Positions 31,787-43,921 of a stretch of DNA of 64,000 nucleotides are shown here, one piece after another (the first letter of the stretch is position 1; each line of letters starts with the position of its first letter). This DNA is from Amoebidium appalachense (taxonomy: Eukaryota; Protista; Ichthyosporea): positions 7,098,454 through 7,162,453 of the forward strand of contig CAVNZM010000002.1 of NCBI GenBank assembly GCA_963693365.1, in the 5' to 3' direction. A model generated the notes under the pieces. It made no database searches, was not told the DNA's origin, and worked only from the letters and a program-made list of their open reading frames with translations. Made by a program: the position numbers and the translations under genes.

Positions 31787-34700
31787 AGTCTATGGCTGAT
31801 AGATATCTTTTTACTCTACGTGTTGAGTCCCTTCCGGTGTTAGGACCGCAAAAACACCAACTACTAGTAGCCTATATGGCGGATACGGTTAGAGAGTCTC
31901 GTTCATACATAGATTCGTTTATTCGTAATGTGGTGTGGTGTAAAAACGCAAAAATGATTATGGCTTGGCGGTGTAATCGGAAGGTCGTGCATACGACCCC
32001 GTAAGCGACAAGTGGGAACCAACCCCACAGGTGTCGGACCAAACCGATGCCTAATTTATCCTTCTTCTTCTGGAATGCTCGGACACTGGGCCCCCAAAAG
32101 GGCCTCCCCCCCGGGACACTCGACGATAAAATCAGCTACATACAACAACAGACAAACAACCACACGTTTACAGTGATTTGCGAAACACAGTTTAAAAACC
32201 ACCACAAATTCAACTCTACATTGGTCGACACATCCACACACCCCGGTTACGCGAAAAACCGAGGCATTATTGTACTTGCCGCACCACACGTGAGAGTGAA
32301 GTGCAAACCGGTAGCAAAAACGGAATTCTCGGTTTCTATAGAGTTTCTTTCTAATGTTTTTACTTTTGTATATTACCCACCATCTATGTCGGTTGTCGAA
32401 TTGACTCACGAGTTGTCACAGTTACCAATGTCCACTGTTATTTTAGGTGATTTTAACACGCGACTCCACCACACAGACACACTGCAAGTGAGTGTCGGGT
32501 ACCCATCTAAGCCCCCGGAGCGTGCTATCCCTTTAGCAAGGTATGTCCAAAGTCACACTTTGCGGTTCCCTCAAATATCCCATGCCCACAACACCGACTG
32601 GGGAGTGGCCTTTTGGCCATCAACCATGTCAAAACTCTCTCTCCCTCCTAACCTCTCTAGGTCATCTGACCACTCTCCTATCCTTTTCCTACCTAAGATC
32701 TCCCTTGATCTGCTCCCCCCTCCTCCTCCCACCTTTCGCCTCCGTCTATCCCAGCTTAAGTCACAGTGGGGTAGAGTTGATGTATGTGTATGCTATGCTA
32801 CGAAACACCCTATATATATGCGCCTATTAGAATCTGCACAAGCCAGGCCAGATTCACATCTCGTACTAGATACATGCACTAACTTTATTGTTGATGATTT
32901 GATAGATCTCGGTGATTATGCTGGCGGTGGTAGGAAGGAATATCCCGATGCTCTCTTGTTACCAAACACCACTCCCGCTAGACTAGGTGAACCCCTGTCT
33001 CAAAAGGAAAGCTTGCGCCGGCTTGCTAGTATGAATCGATTTGGCCCCCCTGCTCGTATTATTGGTGATACCACTGGAGACCCCCTCATAGACTCTGATA
33101 AGTATTTCTCGGAACTGTTTAAAGATAGGACCCCCGCTCAGAAACCTATTGTGTGGCCTGTAGACCCATCTATCCCCATAGAATCGATCCTCCCCTTTTT
33201 CAGTCCCGATGCCATATGGTCTGTGATATCTAGTTATAGCTCTAGTAAGTCTTGTGGACCTGATGGACTCCCTGCTGGGTTTCTTAAAATCCTTGTTCCC
33301 TCCTACCCACAAAAGGAAAGTGATCGTGCTATTAAACCTGATCTTACTATCATGTTAAGCTCTCTCTTTTCTTGGTGTGTTAAATGTGGACATGTCCCGT
33401 CATCTTGGTTAGATACCTTAGTGATCCCCATAGTTAAGAAGGACTCTGAGGGCCCCATATCATCCTTTCGCCCCATTACACTAACCCAGGTTGTTCGTAG
33501 ATTCTTTGAAGCTTGCTTACTTAGGTTATTTGCACATCACCCTAGGTTTCAATCTATTCTTCACATACACCCATGCCAATCCGCTTTTCGTAAAAACAAT
33601 TCATGTTATGTTCAAATAATGGCACTGCACGATTCTATGCAAGTTGGTGCACAATATGTTGGCTTTATTGATTGGAAAACTGCTTACGATTCTGTCTCCC
33701 CTGGTCTCCTATGGGAAAAGCTTGCTGCACGGGGTGTACCACACTGCATTGGTGTTCTGTTAGAAGCACTCTTGTCTCAAACCTATGGTAGAGCTGTGGT
33801 TAATGGGCATCTTTCATATGGTTTTGCTCGTACTAGAGGTCTCTTGCAGGGTTCATTGCTTAGCCCCTTTTTGTTTAACCTATTTATAGATGATTTGGCT
33901 GTCAAGATTTACGCCGAAAACGATGACCCTATTAATAACTTTCCGCCTGCACTTCTCTATGCTGATGATCTGTCCCTCCTTGCCCGTACCCCTAGACGCC
34001 TGCAAAGATTGTTCGATGTAGTGTCAGAGTGGTGCAAGGCAAACCTTATGATCCTTAACATAGACAAATGTGGTGTTCTTGTACCTGATATAGCTAACAA
34101 TTTACACACATTTACATTATCATCTAAACCTGTACCTATAGTTCCAGAATACAAATATCTTGGTGTTCCGGTTGATTCTGTTGGTGTTATGTTTCCCCAT
34201 ATGGTCGAAAAGAGGGTAGAGTTGGCTCGTAAGCGGTTAGCTTTCTTCTCGGCTAATATTTTTAAAGACACACCCCTCCATCCTTCTATTAGACTTACAT
34301 TTATTCGCACTTTTGTCTTCCCGGCATGTGAATATGGTTTACCCCTTCTCGCCGCTTGGATCAAGAAAAAGAGAACTAGAGCGCTTAAACCCCTGGCAAA
34401 TTTCCTTGAAGCAGAAGTTGCCTCCTTTCTATCTAACGACTGTTGTAAACCTGGGCCTGTAACGCTCTCGATATATGGTCTGGTCCCAATAGCTGCTAGA
34501 GTATCCTATCTCGCGCTGAAATTCAATAAGCACATAAGCCGCTTAAAGAAGTATTTGCCCTCCAACCCTCTCTTCTCTATCCGACCTGTCCCCTCCTCAC
34601 CTCTCCCCTCTTTCCTCCCCTCTCTCTCCCCTTCTCCCCTGGGCACAAATACAAATAAACCCCGCAATAGTGTGTGTGTGACTTTGGACTGCCACTTACT

Positions 34701-35245
34701 TATTAAACATGTACACAATCACAAGATAATCACGCAATATAACAAATGGAAAAAGATACCACACGACACTAGACCCGATGAAAGCATACACCTTGAAAAA
34801 CTAAGCCTTATGTCTCGTTTTATATATACTGACCGCCTCAACCATATTGCCAAATATGGCACTCGCAAGTGTATAACACCTAAATACATATTACCTTCCT
34901 GTAGAACTGGTCTTTCTCTAGCTGATGGTATTATTGATCAATTACCACGCTTTTACTGTACACGTGCTATACAGTGGAGATCTAATAAGTATAAGGTGGC
35001 ATCATTTGCATGCCCAAACAACACACACACACACCAGTTTAACCGGTCATGTATCGCCAAATGTAGTTTGATAGACCACATAATACCGCAACACACACAC
35101 GTCACATTCACAACAGACACCCAGAAAGATAGCCTACCTGTAAATTACAACATCCTTGATTTTATACTAAACACGCGTAACTACGACCTGTTTATTAGAT
35201 GTATTGATTGGCTTGAGAAACACATCACTACAAAATTATAGCGCA

Positions 35246-35316
<71 letters not shown>

Positions 35317-35348
35317 CCAGCTGACACCGAGTGTCCCGAGGGGAGCCC

Positions 35349-35383
<35 letters not shown>
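31787..35383 (+). mobile_element. Non-LTR retrotransposon (LINE, APE-type); 5' boundary uncertain; 3' UTR with (CA)n and poly-A
   Basis: Intact ORF2 (next feature). Possible ORF1 remnant whose stop overlaps the ORF2 start (GATGCCTAA at 32046-54). Poly-A at 35353-35383. TSD not found. Confidence 0.9.
32047..35241 (+). CDS. LINE ORF2: apurinic endonuclease + reverse transcriptase + C-terminal Cys-rich domain, 1064 aa
   Basis: APE motifs WNART, ICET, YYPP, LGDFN, SDHSPI. RT motifs GPDGLP, RPITL, QSAFR, FIDWKTAYDSV, GLLQGSLLSPFLFN, LYADD, YKYLG. C-terminal WR..CP...HQFNRSC..C. Frame is uninterrupted. Confidence 0.96.
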   Translation: MPNLSFFFWNARTLGPQKGLPPGTLDDKISYIQQQTNNHTFTVICETQFKNHHKFNSTLVDTSTHPGYAKNRGIIVLAAPHVRVKCKPVAKTEFSVSIEFLSNVFTFVYYPPSMSVVELTHELSQLPMSTVILGDFNTRLHHTDTLQVSVGYPSKPPERAIPLARYVQSHTLRFPQISHAHNTDWGVAFWPSTMSKLSLPPNLSRSSDHSPILFLPKISLDLLPPPPPTFRLRLSQLKSQWGRVDVCVCYATKHPIYMRLLESAQARPDSHLVLDTCTNFIVDDLIDLGDYAGGGRKEYPDALLLPNTTPARLGEPLSQKESLRRLASMNRFGPPARIIGDTTGDPLIDSDKYFSELFKDRTPAQKPIVWPVDPSIPIESILPFFSPDAIWSVISSYSSSKSCGPDGLPAGFLKILVPSYPQKESDRAIKPDLTIMLSSLFSWCVKCGHVPSSWLDTLVIPIVKKDSEGPISSFRPITLTQVVRRFFEACLLRLFAHHPRFQSILHIHPCQSAFRKNNSCYVQIMALHDSMQVGAQYVGFIDWKTAYDSVSPGLLWEKLAARGVPHCIGVLLEALLSQTYGRAVVNGHLSYGFARTRGLLQGSLLSPFLFNLFIDDLAVKIYAENDDPINNFPPALLYADDLSLLARTPRRLQRLFDVVSEWCKANLMILNIDKCGVLVPDIANNLHTFTLSSKPVPIVPEYKYLGVPVDSVGVMFPHMVEKRVELARKRLAFFSANIFKDTPLHPSIRLTFIRTFVFPACEYGLPLLAAWIKKKRTRALKPLANFLEAEVASFLSNDCCKPGPVTLSIYGLVPIAARVSYLALKFNKHISRLKKYLPSNPLFSIRPVPSSPLPSFLPSLSPSPLGTNTNKPRNSVCVTLDCHLLIKHVHNHKIITQYNKWKKIPHDTRPDESIHLEKLSLMSRFIYTDRLNHIAKYGTRKCITPKYILPSCRTGLSLADGIIDQLPRFYCTRAIQWRSNKYKVASFACPNNTHTHQFNRSCIAKCSLIDHIIPQHTHVTFTTDTQKDSLPVNYNILDFILNTRNYDLFIRCIDWLEKHITTKL

Positions 35384-35384
<1 letters not shown>

Positions 35385-35419
35385 GGGGAACCCCAACTAA
35401 TTGATTTCTCCTTGTAGTC

Positions 35420-35850
35420 TTTATGGTGTCTCGTAGAGAAAGTAAACCCTGATATATAGTCACCACCCGACATCTATGTACGTGATCATGATATACCGCT
35501 GAGGGGATATTCCGAGCAAAACCCCCCCACCTGAGACTGGTTCTCTTTGCCTCGAGTAAACAGCGTAAACCCCTAATCGGTTTCTGGTGTCTCCTGCTCG
35601 TATGTGTAATATGTGTGGGGGGCGGTTTACTCGCGGCTGCATATCTATCAATAAATGCAACCTGTTAGCTAATGTAGTAGAACCGGAGGTTATTGGCGGT
35701 TTTATTCTCTTTTCTTCCTCTCTTCCTCATTATATCCGTTTTAAGATGACTATCCTAGATCACCTTATTAATGCTGCACAGTATGATATTGTGATCCGGT
35801 GCCTTAACTTTCTTTCGGAGCTACCGATGCTAGCCTCTGCTTACCCATAA
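35420..35850 (+). pseudogene. Decayed 3' fragment of a second, related LINE ORF2
   Basis: CNMCGGRFTRGCISINKCNLL...TILDHLINAAQYDIVIRCLNFL aligns by eye to the intact ORF2 end CPNNTHTHQFNRSCIAKCSLI...NILDFILNTRNYDLFIRCIDWL. Upstream P*YIV..AEGIF matches PKYIL..ADGII, with stops and a frameshift. Confidence 0.8.
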
Positions 35851-36126
35851 TATGTAATAGGGGTGTCAGATACTACGATGGCGCTCATTGTTGCCTAGCA
35901 TGTACATATGTCACTGGCTGCATTTGATTGGCTGTGCTGGAAAACGCAGTAGGTCGTCGAATGTGGCTGGGCCTCCGGCAGTGTCCACGCAATAAAAAGT
36001 GTGTAAACCCCTTGCAGTATTCTCATACCAACCACAAAATGTATATCTCGTCAAGGCTCACATGCTCATGTCGAACTGATGGTGTGCAGCACGTGCACTG
36101 AGCAGTGATCAGGAGCACACTCAATG

Positions 36127-36426
36127 CAGGGCTGGGGCGGGTCTACCCGACCCGGTTTTTAGACCCGTTGGGGCTTGGACCCGATCCGATCCGAATTGAC
36201 CCGTTGGCCTTCCCCCAGACCCTGTGTACCGGGTCCGGCCAAAGAGGGTGGCGGGGAGTGGGTAGGGAGGGGGGGAGGTCGGTCGGCCGGGCCGCCGTGG
36301 CAGGCCCCTGCTCTGAGGCACATGGTATTAGTAGACCCGACCCGGAAGACCTGTTTTAGACCCGTCAGGAGTCAGACCCGACCCCACCCGACCCGTTTCT
36401 GTTTTTACGGACCCGCCCCACCCCTG
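36127..36426. mobile_element. hAT-like MITE, 300 bp
   Basis: Perfect 8-bp TSD actcaatg (36119-26 and 36427-34). 17-bp TIR cagggctggggcgggtc vs caggggtggggcgggtc. Many subterminal gacccg motifs. Confidence 0.92.
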
Positions 36427-36811
36427 ACTCAATGTCCCACGAGTCAGACCAATGACCGGGTAGCTATTACAAACCCTGTTTTTCAGCGCCAATCAAGAGA
36501 AAGAGCCGCACAATCAATCTAGGGAGATATTTACATTCCTGTTCATCATTACTGTAGTGGGACGCGGAACGCACCTACGAGTTAAAAGGGATATGATACT
36601 GCAATATCAATGATTTGGAGTGGAAGACCGACTTTATATCATAGGGAAAAGCTAAAAAAAACATGGATGGTATGAGAGCATGTAAACATGTAATTTTTAA
36701 AGCACTACAGACGATCATTCCTCCCAACGGATTCTAATGTACAGTACATAGTTATATGCATAACGGCGGTGCACCGCCACAAATAAGCACCAATGAAAAA
36801 TCGCCCCTACA

Positions 36812-37276
36812 CAGGGGTTGAATTACGACTCAAAATCGTCGTATTTACGATTAAGCCCAGGGGGTCTAAACGAGTAACGCTGTAAGGTGCTGTATTGGTT
36901 TTTCGTGGCAGTAAACTAGGTCACTGTAGTCTATTTTTGTGTGTTTTCATACAAAAATGGGTGTTTTCGAAGGTAAAAGGTGGTCAGGTGGTTATTTTGG
37001 CACTCAAGAGCGGAATATGAAGCCCTGTTTTGTCTATCGGGGTGTGTAAAAGAATGTAAAATTAGCTGAAATGGGTTATCAAATTTAATTAATAAAAGGG
37101 GTCTTTACGAGTCGTAAATGAGAAGAACCCCGCCACAACGATTTAGAATGTTTTTTTAATAATGACTTTAGAAATTCTGACAATACGATGGAGTTTGAGG
37201 GTTTACACACTTTTTATTGCGTGGACACTGAGGTAAAACGGGTAGCGCAGCCAAACCCCCACATGTACAACCCCTG
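36812..37276. mobile_element. Older hAT-like MITE, ~465 bp
   Basis: Ends caggggttg ... caacccctg; degenerate 8-bp TSD cccctaca / cccctgta; repeated ttacga motifs inside. Confidence 0.55.
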
Positions 37277-37811
37277 CCCCTGTACCGTCGTTACCGTACA
37301 AACTCGAATTCATCACCCCGTTGGACACTTAGTGAACAGTAGCCTACTCGTCAGGCTGCGTGTGACCGTCATGGAAAAAACCCGAGCCAAGATGCCAAGT
37401 TTTTATAATTCCTGCTCGTTGTTGTTATGCATAATTGGCAACCTTCTCTAGCTCAAACCAAAGCTGCAAGGGGTGCGCTTTTATTTGGGCAATTTTTCGG
37501 CTTTTCGGCAGACGGTGTTTCGCATGCATGAATGTGCGCAGATGGTATGTATCTCTGAACTTCTGTCACATGCAGTACCTGAGACTGGTCTCTCTTTGCA
37601 ATTGCCTCGAGTAAACAGCGTAAACCCCCCCATGTTACATGTATGGCATAGCTGCTAGAAGCTCACACTCCCCAAGTTTCTCTGCTTTGAATTTCTGCCG
37701 AATATACGTGGGTGCATGCGCACTTATCAATAATAGCCCCGAATAAACGCTAGTACGTAATCACCAAGAATGATTGCCTAGAAGTATAATATATATGAAC
37801 TATGAGCACAT

Positions 37812-37912
<101 letters not shown>

Positions 37913-38529
37913 GTATGATCATGTATGTATCCGGGATTCCGGTATCGAGCTTGAGGATGTACATACTCTCCTCCAAAAACTTGCAAGCTTGAGTCGCCCA
38001 CAAATAATTACTCGACGTGAAATGAAGCCATGCATATATGTGAATCGGCGTGACCTTGACCCTCTATCATTCTCACTATTTTATAAGTTAGTCAAGACTC
38101 CGGAGAGTTACGGCAGCCTGAGGCTGAGTGTACCCCAAGTGGAGCGGATGACCTACCAGATATCGAAATGCCACCACTTTTTTTCACAGGTTTAAGGGGA
38201 TTGTGGCTTCTTTGTCTGGTCCGTAGAGGCCCGAAAAGTTTACGTGTTCCTTACTTTTAAGGCTAGGTCCATCAATTCGTCAAATAGTGAGCCTGGCGGC
38301 CTGGAGCAGGTAAAACTGTAAGAAAACACAACTAGAAACGCTTGGTATCCAGCTTGGCCTGAAGCTGCCATGTCCAGATCACAAGGCTTAACACATTTCA
38401 CACCCTGTATGTAAAAATAGCGGCCAATCAAAGGGTGCCGCGTACATGCCAGATGCCCACAGTGCAAGTGAGCTTTGATCATTCATGGCCGGGGACGTGT
38501 TCACACGTTCCACACACACACTTCGCACG

Positions 38530-38536
38530 TATAAAA
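38530..38536 (+). promoter_or_regulatory. Candidate TATA box of the trypsin gene
   Basis: TATAAAA ~150 nt upstream of the ATG, similar spacing to the TATA-like motifs of the two CNT genes. Confidence 0.35.
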
Positions 38537-38678
38537 AAAATTACAACGTCAATTTGTTGGCCGTGCATCACATGATAAGCGACAGTGTCGACACCCACAC
38601 GGGACGAAAAAGTCTGTTGTATTTTTTGGACACTTCTGGGCCGCGGAGATAGTTCCCAGTCATCCACCAAGCACGAAA

Positions 38679-39551
38679 ATGGCGCACTTTGCGCTCTTCC
38701 TACTCTCCCTCCTCGTGGTGGGGTCAAGTGGCGTCCACTCTGCCATCACCACCCGCAGCCTACCGCATGCAAAGCCCTTCATCTCTCGGTTAAACCCCAT
38801 CCGCGTCAATGTAACCCATCCTAACGCAAACCAAATCATTACCTCCATTGTGGGTGGGAGTGCAACGGGTGCCAAGTCGTGGATGGTATCCATTGGCTAT
38901 TTTTCAGGTGGATATTATTATCACTATTGCGGAGGCTCGCTTATTTCAAACAGTTACGTACTTACCGCCGGGCACTGCGAAGTGGCGGTAGGAGACACCA
39001 TCCTTATTGGTGGGACGGATTTGAGGAACCAATGGACATTCAAGAGGTTCAGCGTCGTGTCCACGCGCACACACCCGTCTTTTGATAGTAACATTATGAT
39101 CAACGATATCGCCGTGGCTAGACTAAGTGCTACCACCACCAACGTGCCCATCACGCTCAATCAGGACTCCAGAAACGAAGCTGTGGGCAAATCCGCCCTT
39201 GTAACCGGGTGGGGTGTAACGGCCGACGGGGGAACCACCACCAGCCCTACCCTTCTCCAGGTCACTCTGCCTATGTACAGCACCACATCATGCAACACTA
39301 TTTACGGCGGTGACGTAAATGCTCGCTACCACGTGTGCGCGGGCGGGCAGGCAGGCAGGGATTCGTGCCAGGGAGACAGCGGTGGACCCCTTCACGTCTA
39401 TTCGGGGACTACGGCCATTCAGACGGGCATTGTCAGTTATGGTTATGGGTGCGGTAAGGCGGGTGTGCCCGGGGTTTATACCAGAGTGCGGCAGTATACT
39501 GCTTGGTTAAAGAGTCTGGGTATTCCGATTAAGACCACGGTTTTGTATTGA
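38679..39551 (+). CDS. Secreted trypsin-like serine protease (family S1A), intronless, 290 aa
   Basis: Signal peptide, propeptide, mature start IVGG. Catalytic triad motifs LTAGHC, NDIAV, GDSGGP. S1-pocket Asp in RDSCQ. Also SYGYGCG and PGVYTRV. Six Cys in the mature domain. Confidence 0.96.
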   Translation: MAHFALFLLSLLVVGSSGVHSAITTRSLPHAKPFISRLNPIRVNVTHPNANQIITSIVGGSATGAKSWMVSIGYFSGGYYYHYCGGSLISNSYVLTAGHCEVAVGDTILIGGTDLRNQWTFKRFSVVSTRTHPSFDSNIMINDIAVARLSATTTNVPITLNQDSRNEAVGKSALVTGWGVTADGGTTTSPTLLQVTLPMYSTTSCNTIYGGDVNARYHVCAGGQAGRDSCQGDSGGPLHVYSGTTAIQTGIVSYGYGCGKAGVPGVYTRVRQYTAWLKSLGIPIKTTVLY

Positions 39552-40388
39552 TCGATAATGTCAGCTATATACATGATATCAGTATGAGTGCTGATTTCCA
39601 TATTATTAAAGTTCTGAGTGTAACTGAGATGGGTGTAAGATGATATGTAATATGTGGGTTTGGCCCTGGTTTCATTGGTTAGTATATAGAAGACAAGGTT
39701 ACAGTATTAATATTATTAACGTTAACTCTTACTATGAAGCTAACTTCGACAGCTTGATTTAGCAGTAGCAATAAGGTTCCTACTCCCATTAGTATGACGC
39801 CAGCTTCTGAAAGGTCATTCAAAACTGATTTGCTTCAACATGACTGTAAGAAAGGGTCAAATATCAGCAAGTCACGCTACTAGTATATATATGTGCTTGT
39901 GACACTAAGAGCCACGGGTGATCAATAAAAGGTGTGCTATGCTCTGTATTGTTTACTTCAAAAAAAAAGGTTTCCGACTGAAAACGTAACAGGTTCGGGT
40001 ATTCACTGATTTTCCTTGTCTGTTTCGGTAACAAGGTGGTCCGCTACACGCAAAACGATATGAGAATTTACATGATAATGGCCAGTGGAGAGTTTTTTGG
40101 AAACGGAGGGAGCACTGCCCCTTGTGTGCATGCATGGATGGCTAACTGCGTAACATACTCCCAACCACCCAAAAGGCAATAATAAGTAATAAGTATGTAG
40201 TGTTACAACGGGTGAAAAGGGGCGTGGGCGATTTGAGTGGGGGGAGGCTTTTGCCCAATCAAAAAAGGTACCTACGAATGTTCTCGAAAGCAGCCACCCC
40301 TCCCTCCCTCCCCCCCTACCCCCTCCGTACCTCTGCCTTCATAGAAAATGAACCGGTTAACATGAAAGAGTCACGGTGATCTACTGTG

Positions 40389-40439
<51 letters not shown>

Positions 40440-40952
40440 ACACACCAACACACACGCACACAGCCCGCTGGTACCTGCTTGTTCCTACCCTCATTCCTGC
40501 AGTGCACACCAGAAGGATTGGCAAAAAGTTTTTATAAAAACAATAGAAAAAGTAGGAATATTGAGAAACCCAGTAAACAGCAAGACGAAATAAAGGGAAC
40601 AAAGAACAAAACCCTCGTTTCCTTCCACTCACGTGCCTCCTACCCATGCCTTTTGCTGTGTATGTATGTCCATCATAGTATGGTGGTGGAGGGATCCGGA
40701 GTTGTGAAGAACTCGTACACTACATAAATATGACGTGGCCAATAATATAAACAGGCGGAGGTGGGTTAATATATGGATGGGCTAAGGACTCGGGGGGAGG
40801 GGGGGGAGGGAGGGGGGGGGGGGGGGGGGGGAGGGGAGGGGGGATTGTGTACTCGGGTGCGCACGTGTTTGTGCATGTGCATGTGTGTGTGTGTGTGTCT
40901 GTGTGCACACGCGAGTAATTATTTTTTGTCTTACCTTTTGGCAGTATTTTCC

Positions 40953-40985
<33 letters not shown>

Positions 40986-41376
40986 CTCTGCAATTTGATT
41001 CACCCCCGGGGCCGGGGGTGGGGAGGGGCAATGCCAGGTGGTATATCTACCAAGGGTTGATATCAAAGATGCATGTGCACAACACTCAGTCGAGAAGATT
41101 TGTACAAGGATAACCGTGGCAGGGACAAAAGGGAAGGATGGGTGTGCGGCGTGTGAAGCCGCCCCCCTCCTCCCCTCCCCCCCCCCCCCCCCCCCCCCCC
41201 TCCCCCTCCCTCCCTCCCTCCCCACACACAAACACACACACACACACCCCACCGCCCACTTTCCCTTCCCTCTAGCCGGGCCTCCTGCACCCACATGTTC
41301 TTCTACCTTTTTCCCCCCCTCCTTTCCATATACATGCACACACAAGCACACACACACACACATGCACACACACACG

Positions 41377-41425
<49 letters not shown>

Positions 41426-41559
41426 TGTACAGACACAAATGTACACATACACAGTGCGCTCTATTGAAGCGCGCACGCACGCACGCACGTGTGTGTACGC
41501 GTGCGAACACACACACACACACACACACACACGTGACACACACACACACACTGACGTAG

Positions 41560-42152
41560 ACCCACTTGGTTCCCATTACTCCTAACCATTTCCAACCCTG
41601 TCCCGCATCTACCAACCCCCCCCCCCCTCTCCCTCCCCCTCCCCTCCAACTTTCAACTCCACCACGAACTCTTTGCACGTTGAAGCCGTAACATTTCCAT
41701 TGAAAAACGGGGAGCGAGGAAGGAGGAGAGGGGGTGGGGGGGAGGGGGGGGGGGGGGGGGGATGAGGCTAGATTCTGCAAACGAAAACTCGGTACTTTCT
41801 AAGCCCGAGCGGTGACTTGGCAACCTATAGTGGCCCGGTGCCAACATTTACAAAAGCGTCATGAATTTTCAGAGTAATGATTGGTAGAAGGTCACGAGGA
41901 TCTCACGGAATTTATGACGGTAAATAATTATGAAAAAGGGCAGGTTTCAAAAAGATCAGGGTTTTGGGCTTTGTGGCCTGATTTTGGTTTTAATCCTGTC
42001 CTTTTTTCAGGCCTTCAAATGTGAAAAAAGGTCAATGTTTTGTTCTTTATTTCCTGGCCTTTTTTCAAATTGTTGGGTTTATGAGCTCAACTGAGACACA
42101 CCAGATCGCGTGGTATCATCAACAATAGACGTGTGTGTGTGTGTATTGTGTG

Positions 42153-42191
<39 letters not shown>

Positions 42192-42210
42192 AGACGGAGA
42201 GAGAGAGAAT

Positions 42211-42288
<78 letters not shown>

Positions 42289-42509
42289 CCTCCCCCCCCC
42301 CCCCCCCCCCCCCCACCCCACCCACCCACCCACACACCCACCCGCCCGCCCGCCCACCTAACCACCCACCCACCCACATGCAAGAAAACATTTGTAACCC
42401 GGCACAATCCGACTTACACACACGTGTATGACACAAACACATAAGTTTGCGCACACACTCGAGATATCACAGACTGTATCACGTGTCGCTGACACACAAA
42501 CACACAAAC

Positions 42510-42597
<88 letters not shown>

Positions 42598-43880
42598 AAA
42601 CACACACGCACACACACACACAAACACACACACACACACGCACACACACACACACACACATACACACACCGTGACACACACACGTGTACACACACACAAC
42701 ACGCCTACACTCCGTGGCACACGCACACAACAACATTCACACACACACACACACACATGTGGTACAGCCACACAGAAAGACACGTACACACACATGCATC
42801 ACCACCAGCACCATCTAGGGCTGTAGCATACATGCATTGAAGAAAGAAGGAACAAAGAAGGAACAATGACATAAAGACAGCTAAAGCCAGGTGCAGGAGA
42901 GCAGGTAACAGTGTTATTATTTTTCAGCTATTTTGGGGAGGGGCGATTTTGTCCGCGAGAGACGCCGTCAACAATGCCTGTACGTGTTTACATTCGGGAC
43001 ACATGGGCACTGTCACCAGCAAAGTCACCCAAAGAATACGGCAAATTCGGTGTCTATTAATGTTGTCACATTGTACGGCAAATATTTTTTGGTGCACAAT
43101 ATTTGTCGGGCAACGCACGACATATGAAGAGCGGGACAGGGGGGGGAGGGGGGGGGGGGGGAGGGAGGGAGGATGTTGTGTTCTGTTTGATTCCTGTGGA
43201 TGGTCCGCACAGACATGACTGTCTAGGCCATAAATCGACTATACATTACATAGACACCTAAACTGCATCCGCGCACGAAGACATTCACTTAAACACCACC
43301 AGTGTTGCCCTCTTTATGTCTGTGTGCGTGTGTGTGTGCGTGCGCCTGCGTGCGTGTGAGCGTGTCTGTGTGTGTGTGTGGAGCGGGGGGGGAGAGGGGG
43401 AGGGGGGAGGGGGGGCGTACGTGTGTGTGTGTTTGGGGGGGGAAGGGGGGAGGGGAGGGACGGGGGGGGGGGAGGGGGGGGGGGGGGGGGGGAGGAGGAG
43501 CAGCATAGTGGAATGCTGTGCATGATTCGGTATTGAAAAACTCATGGAGATCTATATTTTGGTATGTAGGAAACCATATATGGCTAGTTTATTACAATTG
43601 ACCTTGTGGGTGACTGTGCCACCAATCAGAAACAAACCTTAAAATTTACCACCAATGAAATTTCCCACACCGCATGAGGTGACGGAGATTCAATATGCTG
43701 ACCTGTAATTAGTTAGGGACTTTAAAATAAAAACGATGCCGACATTAGTATTGAAGGTGTCCCACCAATCAGATCTCCGATTTCAGGTTGCCACTACGTT
43801 GTGTGTCTGTGTGCAAAAGACCAAAACACAGAACGTCACAAAAATGCAAAATCCAGACCCCCCCCCCCCCCTTTTTTTTC

Positions 43881-43921
<41 letters not shown>

